Positions 1 to 10,209 of a stretch of DNA of 64,000 nucleotides are shown in pieces. Each line of letters begins with the position of its first letter. The stretch's first letter is position 1. Both the position numbers and the translations under genes were made by a program. This DNA comes from Woeseiaceae bacterium (GTDB taxonomy: Bacteria; Pseudomonadota; Gammaproteobacteria; Steroidobacterales; Woeseiaceae): contig JBFEJR010000013.1 of NCBI GenBank assembly GCA_041553075.1, positions 4,567-68,566 of the forward strand, read 5' to 3'. The notes under the pieces were generated by a model. The model made no database searches. It saw nothing but the letters and a program-made list of their open reading frames with translations, and was not told where the DNA came from.

Positions 1-302
1 TCCACGAGGTCGTCGGCGCCGCGCAGCATGCATGACACGTTGGTGCAGATCGATACCTCGTTGCGGCCACAGGGCTTCGTCTGGAACATCGAATAGAAGG
101 TCGCCACCTCGTAGACGTGGATCGGCGGCAGGTCGAGATACTCGGCGACTGCGTTCATCTGGTCCGCGGAGAGGAAACCGTGGTTCTCGTGCTGCACCAG
201 GTGCAGTGCCCGGATCACCGCGGAGCGCTGGCGATCCTCGGGGAAACGCGTCTTCCAGGCATCGATCTCGCCTTTGACGTGAGTCGAGAGTTCGTAACTC
301 AT
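1..302 (-). CDS. nuoE: NADH-quinone oxidoreductase subunit E, N-terminal part (gene runs off left edge)
   Basis: Absent from the ORF track because the window edge truncates it. Reverse-strand translation from the ATG at 302 reads [45 protein letters not shown].., which is NuoE-like. There is an ATGA overlap with the nuoD stop, and the position in the nuoA-B-C-D-E order is as expected. Confidence 0.85.
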   Translation of the reverse strand, partial: MSYELSTHVKGEIDAWKTRFPEDRQRSAVIRALHLVQHENHGFLSADQMNAVAEYLDLPPIHVYEVATFYSMFQTKPCGRNEVSICTNVSCMLRGADDLV

Positions 303-1552
303 CGGTCGACCTCGCCAAACACGATGTCCTGGGTGCCGATGACGGCGACGACGTCGGCCAGCATGTGGCCCTCCACCATCTCGGACATCGCCGACAGGTG
401 CACGAAACCGGGCGCCCGGATCTTCACGCGATACGGCTTGTTGGCGCCATCGGACAAGATATACACACCGAACTCGCCCTTCGGGTGCTCGACGGCCGCA
501 TAGGCCTCGCCTGCCGGAACGCAGTAGCCCTCGGTGAACAGCTTGAAGTGATGGATCAGCGACTCCATGTCGTCCTTCATCTCGACGCGCTGCGGTGCCG
601 TGATCTTGTGATCGTCGGCGATCACGGGACCGGGATTCTCGCGCAGCCAGTCGATGCACTGCCTGATGATGCGGTTGGACTGGCGCATTTCCTCGACGCG
701 CACCAGGTAGCGGTCATAGCAGTCGCCGGCGCGACCGACCGGGATATCGAAATCGAGCCGATCATAGACCTCGTAGGGCTGCTTCTTCCTAAGATCCCAC
801 TCGACGCCCGATCCGCGCAGCATCGGACCGGAGAAGCCGAGCTGCATCGCACGTTCCGGCGACACGACACCGATGTTGACCGTGCGCTGCTTCCAGATGC
901 GATTGTCCGTCAGCAGCGTCTCGTATTCGTCCACACAGCCCGGGAAGCGCTCGGTGAAGGCCTCGATGAAATCGAGCAGCGATCCCTCGCGGCTCGCATT
1001 CATGCGCTGCAGCTCCTTCGTGCTGCGGAATTTCGACTCCTGGTACTTCGGCATCGACTCCGGCAGGTCCCGGTACACGCCGCCGGGACGGTAATAGGTC
1101 GCATGCATGCGCGTTCCCGACACCGCCTCGTAGCAGTCCATCAGGTCTTCGCGTTCGCGGAAGCAGTACAGGAACATCGTCATTGCGCCGATGTCGAGGC
1201 CGTGCGCCCCCAGCCACATCAGGTGATTCAGGATGCGCGTGATCTCGTCGAACAGCACGCGGATGTATTGCGCGCGCTCCGGCACCTGCACACCCAGCAG
1301 CTTCTCGATGGCCATGACGTAGGCGTGCTCGTTGCACATCATCGACACGTAGTCGAGCCGATCCATGTAGCCGATGCTCTGGTTGTACGGCTTGGACTCG
1401 GCCAGTTTCTCGGTCGCGCGGTGCAGCAGGCCGATGTGCGGATCCGCTTTCTGGATTACCTCGCCCTCGATCTCGAGCACGAGCCGCAATACGCCGTGTG
1501 CCGCAGGATGTTGCGGACCGAAGTTCATGGTGTAGCTCTGGATCTCAGCCAT
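299..1552 (-). CDS. nuoD: NADH-quinone oxidoreductase subunit D
   Basis: Taken from ORF 299..1579. [27 protein letters not shown].. is the canonical NuoD N-terminus, so the ATG at 1552 is preferred. The similarity pattern runs the full length. Confidence 0.96.
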   Translation of the reverse strand: MAEIQSYTMNFGPQHPAAHGVLRLVLEIEGEVIQKADPHIGLLHRATEKLAESKPYNQSIGYMDRLDYVSMMCNEHAYVMAIEKLLGVQVPERAQYIRVLFDEITRILNHLMWLGAHGLDIGAMTMFLYCFREREDLMDCYEAVSGTRMHATYYRPGGVYRDLPESMPKYQESKFRSTKELQRMNASREGSLLDFIEAFTERFPGCVDEYETLLTDNRIWKQRTVNIGVVSPERAMQLGFSGPMLRGSGVEWDLRKKQPYEVYDRLDFDIPVGRAGDCYDRYLVRVEEMRQSNRIIRQCIDWLRENPGPVIADDHKITAPQRVEMKDDMESLIHHFKLFTEGYCVPAGEAYAAVEHPKGEFGVYILSDGANKPYRVKIRAPGFVHLSAMSEMVEGHMLADVVAVIGTQDIVFGEVDR

Positions 1553-2246
1553 CGCTGCTATCCCTGAGATCGGGCGCATACCGGTTGTCGTCGCGAATTA
1601 CCCGCGGCACCAGGGTGCGCGGCTCGATACTGACCGGCCGGTAGACGACGCGTCCCTCGCTCTCGTCGTAGTGCACCTCGACGTTGCCCGTGAGCGGGAA
1701 GTCCTTGCGAAACGGGTGCCCGATAAAGCCGTAGTCCGTGAGGATCCTGCGCAGGTCCGGATGACCCTCGAACAGGATTCCGAACAGGTCGAATGCCTCG
1801 CGCTCGAACCAGTTCGCGCTGTTCCAGATATCCACGACAGACTTGATCACGGGTGGATTGTCGCTGCCCGTGAAGACCCGCAGGCGCAGGCGCACGTTGT
1901 GCTGCAGCGACAGCAAGTGATAGACGACCGCGAAACGGCGCTCGTCGAATGCATCCGCCTCGTCCAGGATGACCGGCTCGCGCACCACACCGCGGCTGAA
2001 GCCGGTATCCGTGGCCTCGTTGGTGGTCCATTCGTCGGCGCCGAAGGTCAGGTAGTCCACGCCGCAGACGTCCATGAGCATCTCGAAGCCGAACTCGCCC
2101 TCGTTGCGCAGCGCCGTGGCAACTTCTAACAGGTCGTCCTTGCCGGTCTCATAGGTGAGTTCGCCACACGATGACGGGACGCGCCGCACCTGCTCGCCGA
2201 AACGCTCGTCAATCCGAGCTGCCAATGTCTCGTGCCGTTCGCTCAT
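1545..2246 (-). CDS. nuoC: NADH-quinone oxidoreductase subunit C
   Basis: A 233-aa ORF with 30-kDa subunit motifs (..[35 protein letters not shown]..). It lies between nuoB and nuoD and is not fused to nuoD. Confidence 0.94.
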   Translation of the reverse strand: MSERHETLAARIDERFGEQVRRVPSSCGELTYETGKDDLLEVATALRNEGEFGFEMLMDVCGVDYLTFGADEWTTNEATDTGFSRGVVREPVILDEADAFDERRFAVVYHLLSLQHNVRLRLRVFTGSDNPPVIKSVVDIWNSANWFEREAFDLFGILFEGHPDLRRILTDYGFIGHPFRKDFPLTGNVEVHYDESEGRVVYRPVSIEPRTLVPRVIRDDNRYAPDLRDSSDG

Positions 2247-2256
2247 TGTCCGGTTT

Positions 2257-2781
2257 TTACCTGGCTATCGTGCTCGTGCGCCGAATCTTGTTTTGCAGCT
2301 GAATCAGACCGTAGATCAGCGCCTCGGCGGTCGGCGGGCAGCCGGGAACGTAAACATCGACCGGGACGATACGGTCGCAGCCCCGGACTACGGAATAGGA
2401 GTAGTGGTAATAACCGCCGCCATTGGCGCAGGAGCCCATGGACACGACCCAGCGCGGTTCGGGCATCTGGTCATAGACCTTCCTGAGCGGTGCCGCCATC
2501 TTGTTGGTGAGCGTGCCGGCGACGATCATGCAGTCGGATTGCCGGGGGCTCGGACGAAAGATGATGCCGAAGCGATCGAGATCGTAGCGCGCCGCTCCGG
2601 CCTGCATCATCTCGACGGCGCAGCATGCAAGACCGAACGTCATCGGCCAGAGTGAGCCCGTGCGCGCCCAGTTCATGACCGAATCGACGCTGGTGACGAC
2701 GAAGCCCTTCTTCTGCAGACTGTCGCCTGCTCCGGCGGCGTCCGGTGACACCTCTGCGCCTTGCTGTTCTGCTAATCCCAC
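2257..2781 (-). CDS. nuoB: NADH-quinone oxidoreductase subunit B
   Basis: The C-terminal part of ORF 2257..3207 is canonical NuoB ([40 protein letters not shown]). The in-frame GTG at 2781, overlapping the nuoA stop, is chosen as start. The exact start is uncertain. Confidence 0.88.
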   Translation of the reverse strand: MGLAEQQGAEVSPDAAGAGDSLQKKGFVVTSVDSVMNWARTGSLWPMTFGLACCAVEMMQAGAARYDLDRFGIIFRPSPRQSDCMIVAGTLTNKMAAPLRKVYDQMPEPRWVVSMGSCANGGGYYHYSYSVVRGCDRIVPVDVYVPGCPPTAEALIYGLIQLQNKIRRTSTIAR

Positions 2782-3128
2782 TCGAGCGCACCTTTTTTCC
2801 ACTCGTAGATAAACCCTACGACCAGAATGGCGATGAACAATGCCATCGAAAGCAGTCCGAACTTGCCAACGGCATCGAGGGAGACCGCCCATGGGAACAG
2901 GAAGGCAATCTCGAGATCGAAAATGATGAACAGGATCGCGACGAGGTAGTAACGCACGTCGAACTTCATGCGGGAATCGTCGAAGGCCTCGAAGCCGCAC
3001 TCGTAAGGCGACAGTTTTTCTTCGTCCTTGCGGCCTTGGCCGATCAGGAAGCCGACGCTGAGCAACAGCACGCCGAGGCCGGTCGCGACCCCCAGAAACA
3101 CGAGAATAGGAACGTATTCTTGTAGCAT
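2772..3128 (-). CDS. nuoA: NADH-quinone oxidoreductase subunit A
   Basis: A 118-aa membrane ORF carrying the NuoA signature (..[32 protein letters not shown]..). It is the first gene of the nuo cluster. Confidence 0.94.
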   Translation of the reverse strand: MLQEYVPILVFLGVATGLGVLLLSVGFLIGQGRKDEEKLSPYECGFEAFDDSRMKFDVRYYLVAILFIIFDLEIAFLFPWAVSLDAVGKFGLLSMALFIAILVVGFIYEWKKGALEWD

Positions 3129-3182
3129 TTTTGCCCGTTTGCCTGGCGACCAACCGTTCGCCGGAACCAGCGCGCGATTGTA

Positions 3183-3221
3183 TATGAAAACCGGTCTGCA
3201 GCGCCAAGCTGAACAGACCGG
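3183..3221 (-). terminator. Rho-independent terminator after tRNA-Leu
   Basis: Stem CCGGTCTG(CAGC)...(GCTG)..CAGACCGG at 3191-3221. On the minus strand it is followed by TTTTCATATA. It sits between tRNA-Leu and the nuoA start. Confidence 0.6.
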
Positions 3222-3230
3222 TTAGGCATT

Positions 3231-3315
3231 TGGTGCTCTGGGCGAGACTCGAACTCGCACGGCTCGCGCCACTGCCCCCTCAAGACAGCGTGTCTACCAA
3301 TTCCACCACCAGAGC
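3231..3315 (-). tRNA. tRNA-Leu (anticodon GAG)
   Basis: The reverse complement folds by hand into a cloverleaf: acceptor GCTCTGG/CCAGAGC, D-arm GTG-GAATTGGTAGA-CAC, anticodon stem CTGTC/GGCAG with loop TTGAGGG, a long variable arm, T-arm GCGAG-TTCGAGT-CTCGC, and an encoded CCA. Confidence 0.92.
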
Positions 3316-3329
3316 GCTGGGGCGATAGT

Positions 3330-3749
3330 TTACTCCTGATCGCCGTCAGGTTCTTCCTCGACCAGCTCCGGGATGTCCAGGACTTCATCCTCGGTCGCTT
3401 CGAGCTCCGGCGTGTCGGAAACCGGCAGCTCATCGCTGAGCTCGGGCACCTCGCCGGCCGGCGTTTCGATTACCGGGGCATCCTCGAGCAGGCTCGTCGG
3501 CGCCGTCGATGCCTGGCTGCTCAGGTAGGCAAGCGCCAGGCTGCTGACGAAAAACAGCGTTGCGCAGACGGCCGTGGCACGCGAGAAGAAGCTGGCCGAG
3601 CCGCGCGCACCGAAGACCGTGCCCGATGCGCCGGCGCCGAAGGCCGCGCCGGCATCTGCGCCCTTACCGCGCTGCAGCAGCACCAGCACGATGATCAACA
3701 GCGCGATCAGCGTGTGCGCAATCAGCGCGACTTTTTGTATCGTATCCAT
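3330..3749 (-). CDS. secG: Preprotein translocase subunit SecG (with long acidic C-terminal tail)
   Basis: The N-terminal ~80 aa are typical SecG (..LIIVLVLLQRGKGADAGAAFGAGASGTVFGARGSASFFSR.T..). The conserved position tpiA-secG-tRNA-Leu supports the call. Confidence 0.9.
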   Translation of the reverse strand: MDTIQKVALIAHTLIALLIIVLVLLQRGKGADAGAAFGAGASGTVFGARGSASFFSRATAVCATLFFVSSLALAYLSSQASTAPTSLLEDAPVIETPAGEVPELSDELPVSDTPELEATEDEVLDIPELVEEEPDGDQE

Positions 3750-3760
3750 GGTTCGACTCT

Positions 3761-4522
3761 TTATTTAACGCCGGCAGCTGCCGCGGCAATTGCCAGGAAA
3801 TCCTGTGCTTTCAGCGAGGCTCCACCAATGAGCCCGCCGTCGATGTCCGGCTGCGCCAACAGGCCGGCCGCATTGTCACCCTTCATGCTGCCGCCGTACA
3901 GAATCTGCACGCCCGCAGCGATCGCCTCGTCGTGCGCAGCCAGGCGGCTGCGAATGTGGCGGTGCACATCCTGCGCCTGCTCGGGCGTTGCCGTCATGCC
4001 CGTACCGATCGCCCACACGGGCTCATAGGCGATGACGGCCCGGGCGAACGCGGCGATGCCCGCTGCGTCGAGGGCGGCATCGAGCTGCTCGTCGACGACG
4101 GCTTCGGTTGCGCCCGCTTCACGCTCCTCGAGCGTCTCGCCGACGCACAGGATCGGCGTGATGCCGGCTGCCTGCGCCGCGACGAACTTGGCAGCCACCT
4201 GCTCGCTGCTCTCGCCGTAGAGTGCCCGCCGCTCCGAATGACCGACGATCACGTACTCGGCGCCGATGTCCCTGAGCATGCCGGGCGCCACTTCGCCCGT
4301 GTAGGCCCCCTTGTCGTGCTCCGAGACATTCTGCGCCCCGACCTTGACCGGCGAGCCCTCGACCTGGGCCGCCACGGCCGCGACATACGGAAAGGGCGGA
4401 CAGACGAGCAGGCTGAAACCGCTGCCTGCCGGGTAGCCCGCAATGATACCAGCAACGAGCTCCGCGTTCGCGGCGCTGCTGCCGTTCATTTTCCAGTTTC
4501 CTGCAACCAGGATGTCCCGCAT
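3761..4522 (-). CDS. tpiA: Triosephosphate isomerase
   Basis: A 253-aa ORF with TIM motifs: MRDILVAGNWKMNG.., ..VIVGHSERR.., ..AYEPVWAIGTG... Confidence 0.95.
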   Translation of the reverse strand: MRDILVAGNWKMNGSSAANAELVAGIIAGYPAGSGFSLLVCPPFPYVAAVAAQVEGSPVKVGAQNVSEHDKGAYTGEVAPGMLRDIGAEYVIVGHSERRALYGESSEQVAAKFVAAQAAGITPILCVGETLEEREAGATEAVVDEQLDAALDAAGIAAFARAVIAYEPVWAIGTGMTATPEQAQDVHRHIRSRLAAHDEAIAAGVQILYGGSMKGDNAAGLLAQPDIDGGLIGGASLKAQDFLAIAAAAAGVK

Positions 4523-4598
4523 GTCGGTGTTCCTGCCGGTTCAAAAGGCGCGCAGGATACCGGGCGAAGCCCGGCAAATCAACGCATTCGTGGGCCGT

Positions 4599-5933
4599 TC
4601 AGGCGGCCGCGTCGGCCACGACCGAGGCCAGCCGCTCGGCCAGCGCGAGCACCTGTGCCTCGTCCTTGCCCTCGACCATAACGCGAATCACGGGTTCGGT
4701 GCCCGATGCCCGCAGCACCACGCGTCCGGCATCGGCCAGTTCGTCTTCGGCCCGGGCCACCGCTTCGCGGATGGCCGGGGACGCCTGCGGGTCGAGTTGC
4801 ACGTCCATGCGCACGTTGAGCATGGTCTGCGGGTACTTCGGCATGCCCCGGACGAGCTCGGACAGCGTCTTGCCCGTCTCCTTGATCACCGCCAGCACCT
4901 GCAGCGCGCTGATCAGCCCGTCACCGGTCGTGGTCTTGTCCAGCACCAGCATGTGTCCGGACGTCTCCCCGCCCAGCACGCCGCCGGTGTCGCGCAACAG
5001 CTCCAGCACGTAGCGATCGCCGACGGCGGCGCGGCGAAAGTCGATGCCCAGCCCTTGTAGCGCGTGCTCCAGGCCGAGATTGCTCATTACCGTGCCGACG
5101 ACCGGGCCGGCCAGCACGCCCCGGTTCTTGCGGGCGGTTGCAAGCACGTACAGCAGCTGGTCGCCGTCCACGAGGTTGCCGGCTTCGTCGACCATGACCA
5201 CGCGATCGCCGTCGCCGTCGAGGGCAATACCCACGTCGGCCTTGACGGCCGGTACCGTCAGCTGCAGCAGGTCCGGGTGGGTCGAACCGCAGCCGTCATT
5301 GATGTTCATGCCGTTCGGCGAACAGCCGATCGGAATCACCTCGGCTCCGAGACTCGACAACGTGCGCGGGCCGACCTTGTAGCCGGCCCCGTTGGCGCCA
5401 TCGAAAACGATCTTGAGCCCGCTGAGATCGACGCCGTCGGAGAGGCTGCCGGCACAGAATTCCTGGTACCGCACCCGCGCCGTGTCGATGCGCTTGGCCT
5501 TGCCGAGCAGTTGGGACTCGAGCGTGATGGCAGGCTCGCGCAGCCGCGCCTCGATTTGCCGTTCGATCTCGTCGGAGAGCTTCGAGCCGTGGCGGTCGAA
5601 GAACTTGATGCCATTGTCGACGTAGGGGTTGTGCGATGCGCTGATCACGACGCCGAGGTCGGCATCGAATTCCTGGGTCAGCCGGGCGATACCCGGCGTC
5701 GGCAGCGGCCCGAGCAGCAGCACATCGGCCCCGCCCGCGACGAAGCCCGCCTCGAGCGCGGATTCGAACATGTACCCGGACAGGCGCGTGTCCTTCCCGA
5801 TGACCACGGTCCCGCCCCTCGGGACCAGCACCTGGGCCGCCGCACTGGCAAGGCGCATCGCGAAGTCGGCGGTCATGGGATCGTTGCCAACCCTGCCCCG
5901 GACGCCATCGGTACCGAAATATTCTCTGCTCAT
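4599..5933 (-). CDS. glmM: Phosphoglucosamine mutase
   Basis: MSREYFGTDGVRG.. and the active-site SASHNPYVDNGIKFF. The ATG at 5933 is preferred over the upstream TTG at 5939. Confidence 0.95.
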   Translation of the reverse strand: MSREYFGTDGVRGRVGNDPMTADFAMRLASAAAQVLVPRGGTVVIGKDTRLSGYMFESALEAGFVAGGADVLLLGPLPTPGIARLTQEFDADLGVVISASHNPYVDNGIKFFDRHGSKLSDEIERQIEARLREPAITLESQLLGKAKRIDTARVRYQEFCAGSLSDGVDLSGLKIVFDGANGAGYKVGPRTLSSLGAEVIPIGCSPNGMNINDGCGSTHPDLLQLTVPAVKADVGIALDGDGDRVVMVDEAGNLVDGDQLLYVLATARKNRGVLAGPVVGTVMSNLGLEHALQGLGIDFRRAAVGDRYVLELLRDTGGVLGGETSGHMLVLDKTTTGDGLISALQVLAVIKETGKTLSELVRGMPKYPQTMLNVRMDVQLDPQASPAIREAVARAEDELADAGRVVLRASGTEPVIRVMVEGKDEAQVLALAERLASVVADAAA

Positions 5934-5967
5934 AGTCAACTATACCCGGTCTGTACACCCGGCCCGC

Positions 5968-6804
5968 CTAGTCACCCGGCCGGGCCTTTGCCCTTGCTAC
6001 CGCCTGCACGACCTTGAGCGCATCAACGGTCTCGCGGACATCGTGAGCTCGCACGATGGCGGCCCCGTGGAGGACGGCGATCGCCGCGGCCGCAACGCTC
6101 GCCGCCTTGCGGTCATCGACGGCGCGGTCCGTGAGCTCGCCGAGCGTCGTCTTTCTCGAGATGCCGACCAGCACCGGCCTGCCGCGTACCGCCAATTGTC
6201 GCAGATTTGCCAGCAACTCGACATTGTGATCCCGTCGTTTGCCAAAACCGAATCCCGGATCGACGACCAGGAGATCCTGTTCGATACCGGCGCCGACGCA
6301 GGCCTCGATGCGTTCCTCGAGGAACGCGGCCACCTCGGCCACGACATCGTCGTAACGGGGTTCCTGCTGCATGGTCCCCGGCTCACCGGCCATGTGCATC
6401 AGGCACACCGGCACCTGCAATTCCGCGGCCGCCTGCAGCGCGCCCGGCAGGCGCAGGGCCCGGACATCGTTGATCATGACCGCACCCGCCGCCACGGCCG
6501 CGCGCATCACGCCCGGCTTGCTCGTGTCGATCGAAATCGCGACGTCACTCTCGTCCCGGAGCGCCTCGATGACGGGGATGACCCGATCGAGTTCCTCCTG
6601 CTCGGACACGTCCGCCGCGCCGGGCCGCGTCGACTCGCCGCCCACGTCGATGATCGCGGCGCCGTCGTCGCGCATGGTGTCGGCCTGGCGCAGCGCGTCG
6701 TCGCGGCTGGCGAAACGTCCGCCATCGGAAAACGAATCCGGGGTCACGTTGAGAATGCCCATGACGGTGGGCACCGGCAGGCGAAGCGAGCCCAGCTCGA
6801 GCAT
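5968..6804 (-). CDS. folP: Dihydropteroate synthase
   Basis: Motifs ..MGILNVTPDSFSDGG.. and ..IIDVGGESTRPG... The ftsH-folP-glmM order is conserved. Confidence 0.94.
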   Translation of the reverse strand: MLELGSLRLPVPTVMGILNVTPDSFSDGGRFASRDDALRQADTMRDDGAAIIDVGGESTRPGAADVSEQEELDRVIPVIEALRDESDVAISIDTSKPGVMRAAVAAGAVMINDVRALRLPGALQAAAELQVPVCLMHMAGEPGTMQQEPRYDDVVAEVAAFLEERIEACVGAGIEQDLLVVDPGFGFGKRRDHNVELLANLRQLAVRGRPVLVGISRKTTLGELTDRAVDDRKAASVAAAAIAVLHGAAIVRAHDVRETVDALKVVQAVARAKARPGD

Positions 6805-6819
6805 CGTCAGGTGGGGCGA

Positions 6820-8754
6820 CTAGTGCTCGCTGGCCGGCCCGCCGATCTGGCCCGGCAAGTCCGATTCAGCGGGCGCCGAACCGTCGTCCGGGCTTTTCGG
6901 CTCGACGGTATCGTCCCAGTCTTCGGGCGGCCGGCATTCGCGGCCTTCCATGATGTCCTTGATCTGCGCCTCGCCGATCGTCTCGTACTTGATGAGCGCC
7001 TTGGCCATCGCGTGCAGCTTGTCGCGATTCTCTTCGAGCAGCTTTCTGGCCCGCTCGTAATTCGAGTCGATGATGCGGCGCACTTCCTCGTCGATGGCAT
7101 GGGCCGTATCGTCGGACACCATCTTGTGCTGGGTGACGCTGCGGCCGAGGAACACCTCGCCGTCATCCTCGCTGTAGGTCAGCGGGCCGAGACGCTCCGA
7201 CAGGCCCCACTTGGTGACCATGTTGCGCGCGATTTCGGTCGCACGCTCGATATCGTTCGACGCGCCCGTCGTGACGCCGCCGCTGCCGTTGATCATCTCC
7301 TCGGCGATGCGGCCACCGAACAGGCTGGAGATGCTGCTCTCGAGGCGCTGCCTCGACATGCTGTAGCGATCTTCCTCGGGCAGGTACATGGTGACGCCGA
7401 GCGCCCGGCCGCGCGGAATGATGGTGACCTTGTAAACGGGGTCGTGCTCGGGCACCAGGTAACCGACGATGGCATGGCCGGCCTCGTGGTACGCCGTGTT
7501 GAGCTTCTCTTCCTCGCTCATCACCATGGACCGCCGTTCGGCGCCCATCATGATCTTGTCCTTGGCCTTCTCGAACTCATCCATGCTCACGACACGCTTG
7601 TTGGCCCGTGCCGCGAACAACGCCGCCTCGTTGACCAGGTTGGCGAGATCGGCGCCCGAGAAACCGGGCGTGCCCCGCGCAATCACGTTGGGCTGCACGT
7701 CGTCGCTGAGCGGGACTTTACGCATGTGCACCTTGAGGATGAGCTCGCGCCCGCGTACGTCGGGCAGCGGCACCACGACCTGGCGATCGAACCGGCCCGG
7801 GCGCAGCAGCGCCGGGTCGAGGACGTCCGGCCGGTTGGTGGCGGCGATCACGATGATGCCTTCCGAACCCTCGAAGCCGTCCATTTCCACGAGCATCTGG
7901 TTCAACGTCTGCTCGCGCTCGTCGTGTCCGCCCCCGAGACCCGCACCGCGGTGCCGGCCGACCGCATCGAGTTCGTCGATGAAGATGATGCAGGGGGCCT
8001 GTTTCTTGGCCTGGTCGAACATGTCGCGGACGCGCGACGCGCCGACGCCGACGAACATCTCGACGAAATCGGAACCTGAAATCGTGAAGAACGGCACCTT
8101 GGCTTCGCCCGCGATGGCCCTCGCCAGGAGGGTCTTGCCGGTGCCCGGCGGGCCGACCATCAGCACGCCCTTGGGAATCTTGCCACCCAGGCGCTGGAAC
8201 TTGCTCGGATCCTTGAGGAACTCGACTATCTCGGCGACCTCGGCCTTGGCCTCGTCGACGCCAGCAACGTCCGCGAAGGTTACGCCGACCTGGTCCTCGC
8301 CAAGCAGGCGCGCCTTGCTCTTGCCGAATGACATCGCGCCACGGCCACCGCCGCCGCCCTGCATCTGGCGCATGAAATAGATCCAGACGCCGATGAGAAG
8401 AAGAATCGGGAACGAACTGATCAGCAGCTGGGTGAAAAAGCTCTGCTTTTGCTTCTCGGAAGCCGAGAACTGCACGCCGTTACGCTGCAGGTCGCCGATC
8501 AGCGCCGAGTAGTCGGTTTCGGGAATGCGCGCGAAGTACTGCGGCTGCTCGCTGGTCGTACCGTAGCGGATTATGTCGTTTTCCTTGTCGATCTCGGCGA
8601 CCTGGATCTGGCCGGAGTCGAGAGCCGACAGGAATTCCGAATAGTCCTGCTCTGCGGGATTGCTGGGGCTGACCCCGGAAAGGCCCTGCACCACCGACAA
8701 CAGCACGACGATGATGACGATAAAGACCAGTACGTTTTTGGTTAGATCATTCAC
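6820..8754 (-). CDS. ftsH: ATP-dependent zinc metalloprotease FtsH
   Basis: A 644-aa ORF with two N-terminal TM segments, Walker A GPPGTGKT, Walker [12 protein letters not shown], and the HEAGH zinc site. The start is a GTG at 8754. Confidence 0.97.
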   Translation of the reverse strand: MNDLTKNVLVFIVIIVVLLSVVQGLSGVSPSNPAEQDYSEFLSALDSGQIQVAEIDKENDIIRYGTTSEQPQYFARIPETDYSALIGDLQRNGVQFSASEKQKQSFFTQLLISSFPILLLIGVWIYFMRQMQGGGGGRGAMSFGKSKARLLGEDQVGVTFADVAGVDEAKAEVAEIVEFLKDPSKFQRLGGKIPKGVLMVGPPGTGKTLLARAIAGEAKVPFFTISGSDFVEMFVGVGASRVRDMFDQAKKQAPCIIFIDELDAVGRHRGAGLGGGHDEREQTLNQMLVEMDGFEGSEGIIVIAATNRPDVLDPALLRPGRFDRQVVVPLPDVRGRELILKVHMRKVPLSDDVQPNVIARGTPGFSGADLANLVNEAALFAARANKRVVSMDEFEKAKDKIMMGAERRSMVMSEEEKLNTAYHEAGHAIVGYLVPEHDPVYKVTIIPRGRALGVTMYLPEEDRYSMSRQRLESSISSLFGGRIAEEMINGSGGVTTGASNDIERATEIARNMVTKWGLSERLGPLTYSEDDGEVFLGRSVTQHKMVSDDTAHAIDEEVRRIIDSNYERARKLLEENRDKLHAMAKALIKYETIGEAQIKDIMEGRECRPPEDWDDTVEPKSPDDGSAPAESDLPGQIGGPASEH

Positions 8755-8767
8755 TTGTCAGACGCTA

Positions 8768-9391
8768 CTACAAAGAAAAGTTTCTCGCTACCAAATACAC
8801 CTCGCGGCTCCCCGAACGCGAAGCCTCTGGTTTGAAGACCCGTGCACGCTCGAAAGAGTTCCTCACATCGCGCACGAAGTCGTCGAAGCCCTCGCCCTGG
8901 AACAGCTTGCAGACGAAACTGCCGCCCGGCTTGAGCACCCGCTTCGCCAGGTCGAGCGCGAGCTCGGCGAGATACATGGAGCGTGGCTGGTCGACTGCCC
9001 TCGTTCCGGTGATATTGGGGGCCATATCGCTCATTACAAGGTCCGCGCCGCGCTCGCCGACGGCCTCGAGCAGCTGCTCGAACACCTCGTCCTCGCGGAA
9101 ATCGCCCTCGACGAACTGCACGTCGGGCAGCGCATCCATCGGCAGGATGTCCGCCGCGACAACGCGCCCCTTGCCGTCCAGCTTGCGCGTGACGTACTGG
9201 CTCCAGCCGCCGGGTGCGGCGCCAAGATCGACGCAGACCATCCCGGGACGAATCAGCCGCTCCTTCCGGTCGATCTGCTCGAGCTTGAAGACCGCCCGCG
9301 AACGCCAACCTTCGCGGCGCGCCCGGCGCACCCAGGGATCCCGTTCCTGGCGCTCCCGCCAGCTGCCCGATGAGCGGCGCGGTTTGCTCAC
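8768..9391 (-). CDS. rlmE: 23S rRNA (U2552-2'-O)-methyltransferase RlmE/FtsJ
   Basis: Motifs ..RSRA.FKL.QIDRK..L.RPGM..VDLGAAPGGWSQY... It lies upstream of ftsH as in most proteobacteria. The start is a GTG. Confidence 0.94.
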   Translation of the reverse strand: MSKPRRSSGSWRERQERDPWVRRARREGWRSRAVFKLEQIDRKERLIRPGMVCVDLGAAPGGWSQYVTRKLDGKGRVVAADILPMDALPDVQFVEGDFREDEVFEQLLEAVGERGADLVMSDMAPNITGTRAVDQPRSMYLAELALDLAKRVLKPGGSFVCKLFQGEGFDDFVRDVRNSFERARVFKPEASRSGSREVYLVARNFSL

Positions 9392-9421
9392 GGCCGGCCT
9401 CCCGAACTAGACTTCGCGTCC

Positions 9422-9730
9422 ATGAATCTCACCGAACATCAGAAAAAGCACCTCCGGGGCCTCGGTCACCAGCTCAAGCCGCTGGTGATGGTCGGCGACA
9501 ACGGGCTCAGCGAGTCGCTGCTCGCCGAGTTCGAGTCGACCCTCGATCACCATGAGCTGATCAAGGTCCGGGTTCGCGTCGGCGACCGCGATGCCCGCGA
9601 CCGGATCATCGCAAAGCTGTGCGCGGACGGCGCGGCCGAACTGATCCAGCGTATCGGCAATGTCGCCCTGCTGTACCGCCCGAACCTGACCAAGAAACCC
9701 GACAAGCGCATCCGCCTCCCGGCCGCCTAG
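9422..9730 (+). CDS. yhbY: RNA-binding protein YhbY (CRM domain)
   Basis: A 102-aa ORF (..LT..QKKHLRGLGH.LKP.V.VG.NGLSE......E..L..HELIKV..). It is divergent from rlmE, as in E. coli. Confidence 0.88.
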   Translation: MNLTEHQKKHLRGLGHQLKPLVMVGDNGLSESLLAEFESTLDHHELIKVRVRVGDRDARDRIIAKLCADGAAELIQRIGNVALLYRPNLTKKPDKRIRLPAA

Positions 9731-9732
9731 CG

Positions 9733-10209
9733 CTACTCGTAACGCACGTCGAGAATGTCGTAGGTCTTCAGGCCGTCAGGCGCCTGGAACTCGATGGCAT
9801 CGCCCTCGTTCTTGCCGATCAGCGCGCGCGCGATCGGCGACGTATAGGAAATCATGCCGCGCTTGATGTCGGCCTCGTCCTCGCCGACGATCTTGTAGGT
9901 GATTTCCTTCTCGGTGCTCTCATCGAGAATCACGACCGTCGAGCCGAAGATCACCTTGCCGCGTGCATCCACGGCGGCGGCATCGATGATCTGCTTGTGG
10001 GACAGCTTGCCCTCGAGGTCCTTGATGCGCGCCTCGATGAAGCCCTGCTGTTCCTTGGCTGCGTGGTATTCGGCGTTTTCCTTCAGGTCGCCATGCGCCC
10101 GCGCCTCGGCGATCGCCTTGACGACATTCGGCCGGTCCACCGACTTCAGCCGCTTGAGTTCTTCCTGCAACAGCTCGTGGCCGCGCACGGTCATCGGCAC
10201 CTTGCTCAT
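9733..10209 (-). CDS. greA: Transcription elongation factor GreA
   Basis: [27 protein letters not shown].. is a canonical GreA N-terminus. The ATG at 10209 overlaps the carB TGA (ATGA). Confidence 0.94.
   Translation of the reverse strand: MSKVPMTVRGHELLQEELKRLKSVDRPNVVKAIAEARAHGDLKENAEYHAAKEQQGFIEARIKDLEGKLSHKQIIDAAAVDARGKVIFGSTVVILDESTEKEITYKIVGEDEADIKRGMISYTSPIARALIGKNEGDAIEFQAPDGLKTYDILDVRYE

Noticed and set aside
5629-8079. Very long ORFs antisense to known genes. Examples: 5629..8079 + (816 aa) opposite folP/ftsH; 10968..13460 + (830 aa) opposite carB; 45135..47279 - (714 aa) opposite prc; 17330..18754 + opposite dnaK; 24580..26004 + opposite the NSS transporter; 62218..63777 - opposite the TonB receptor.
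   Set aside because: These are typical high-GC artefacts. Stop codons are rare on the antisense strand of GC3-rich genes. The translations are Arg/Ala/Gly/Pro-rich low-complexity sequences with no motifs. The opposite strand carries unambiguous conserved proteins in every case.
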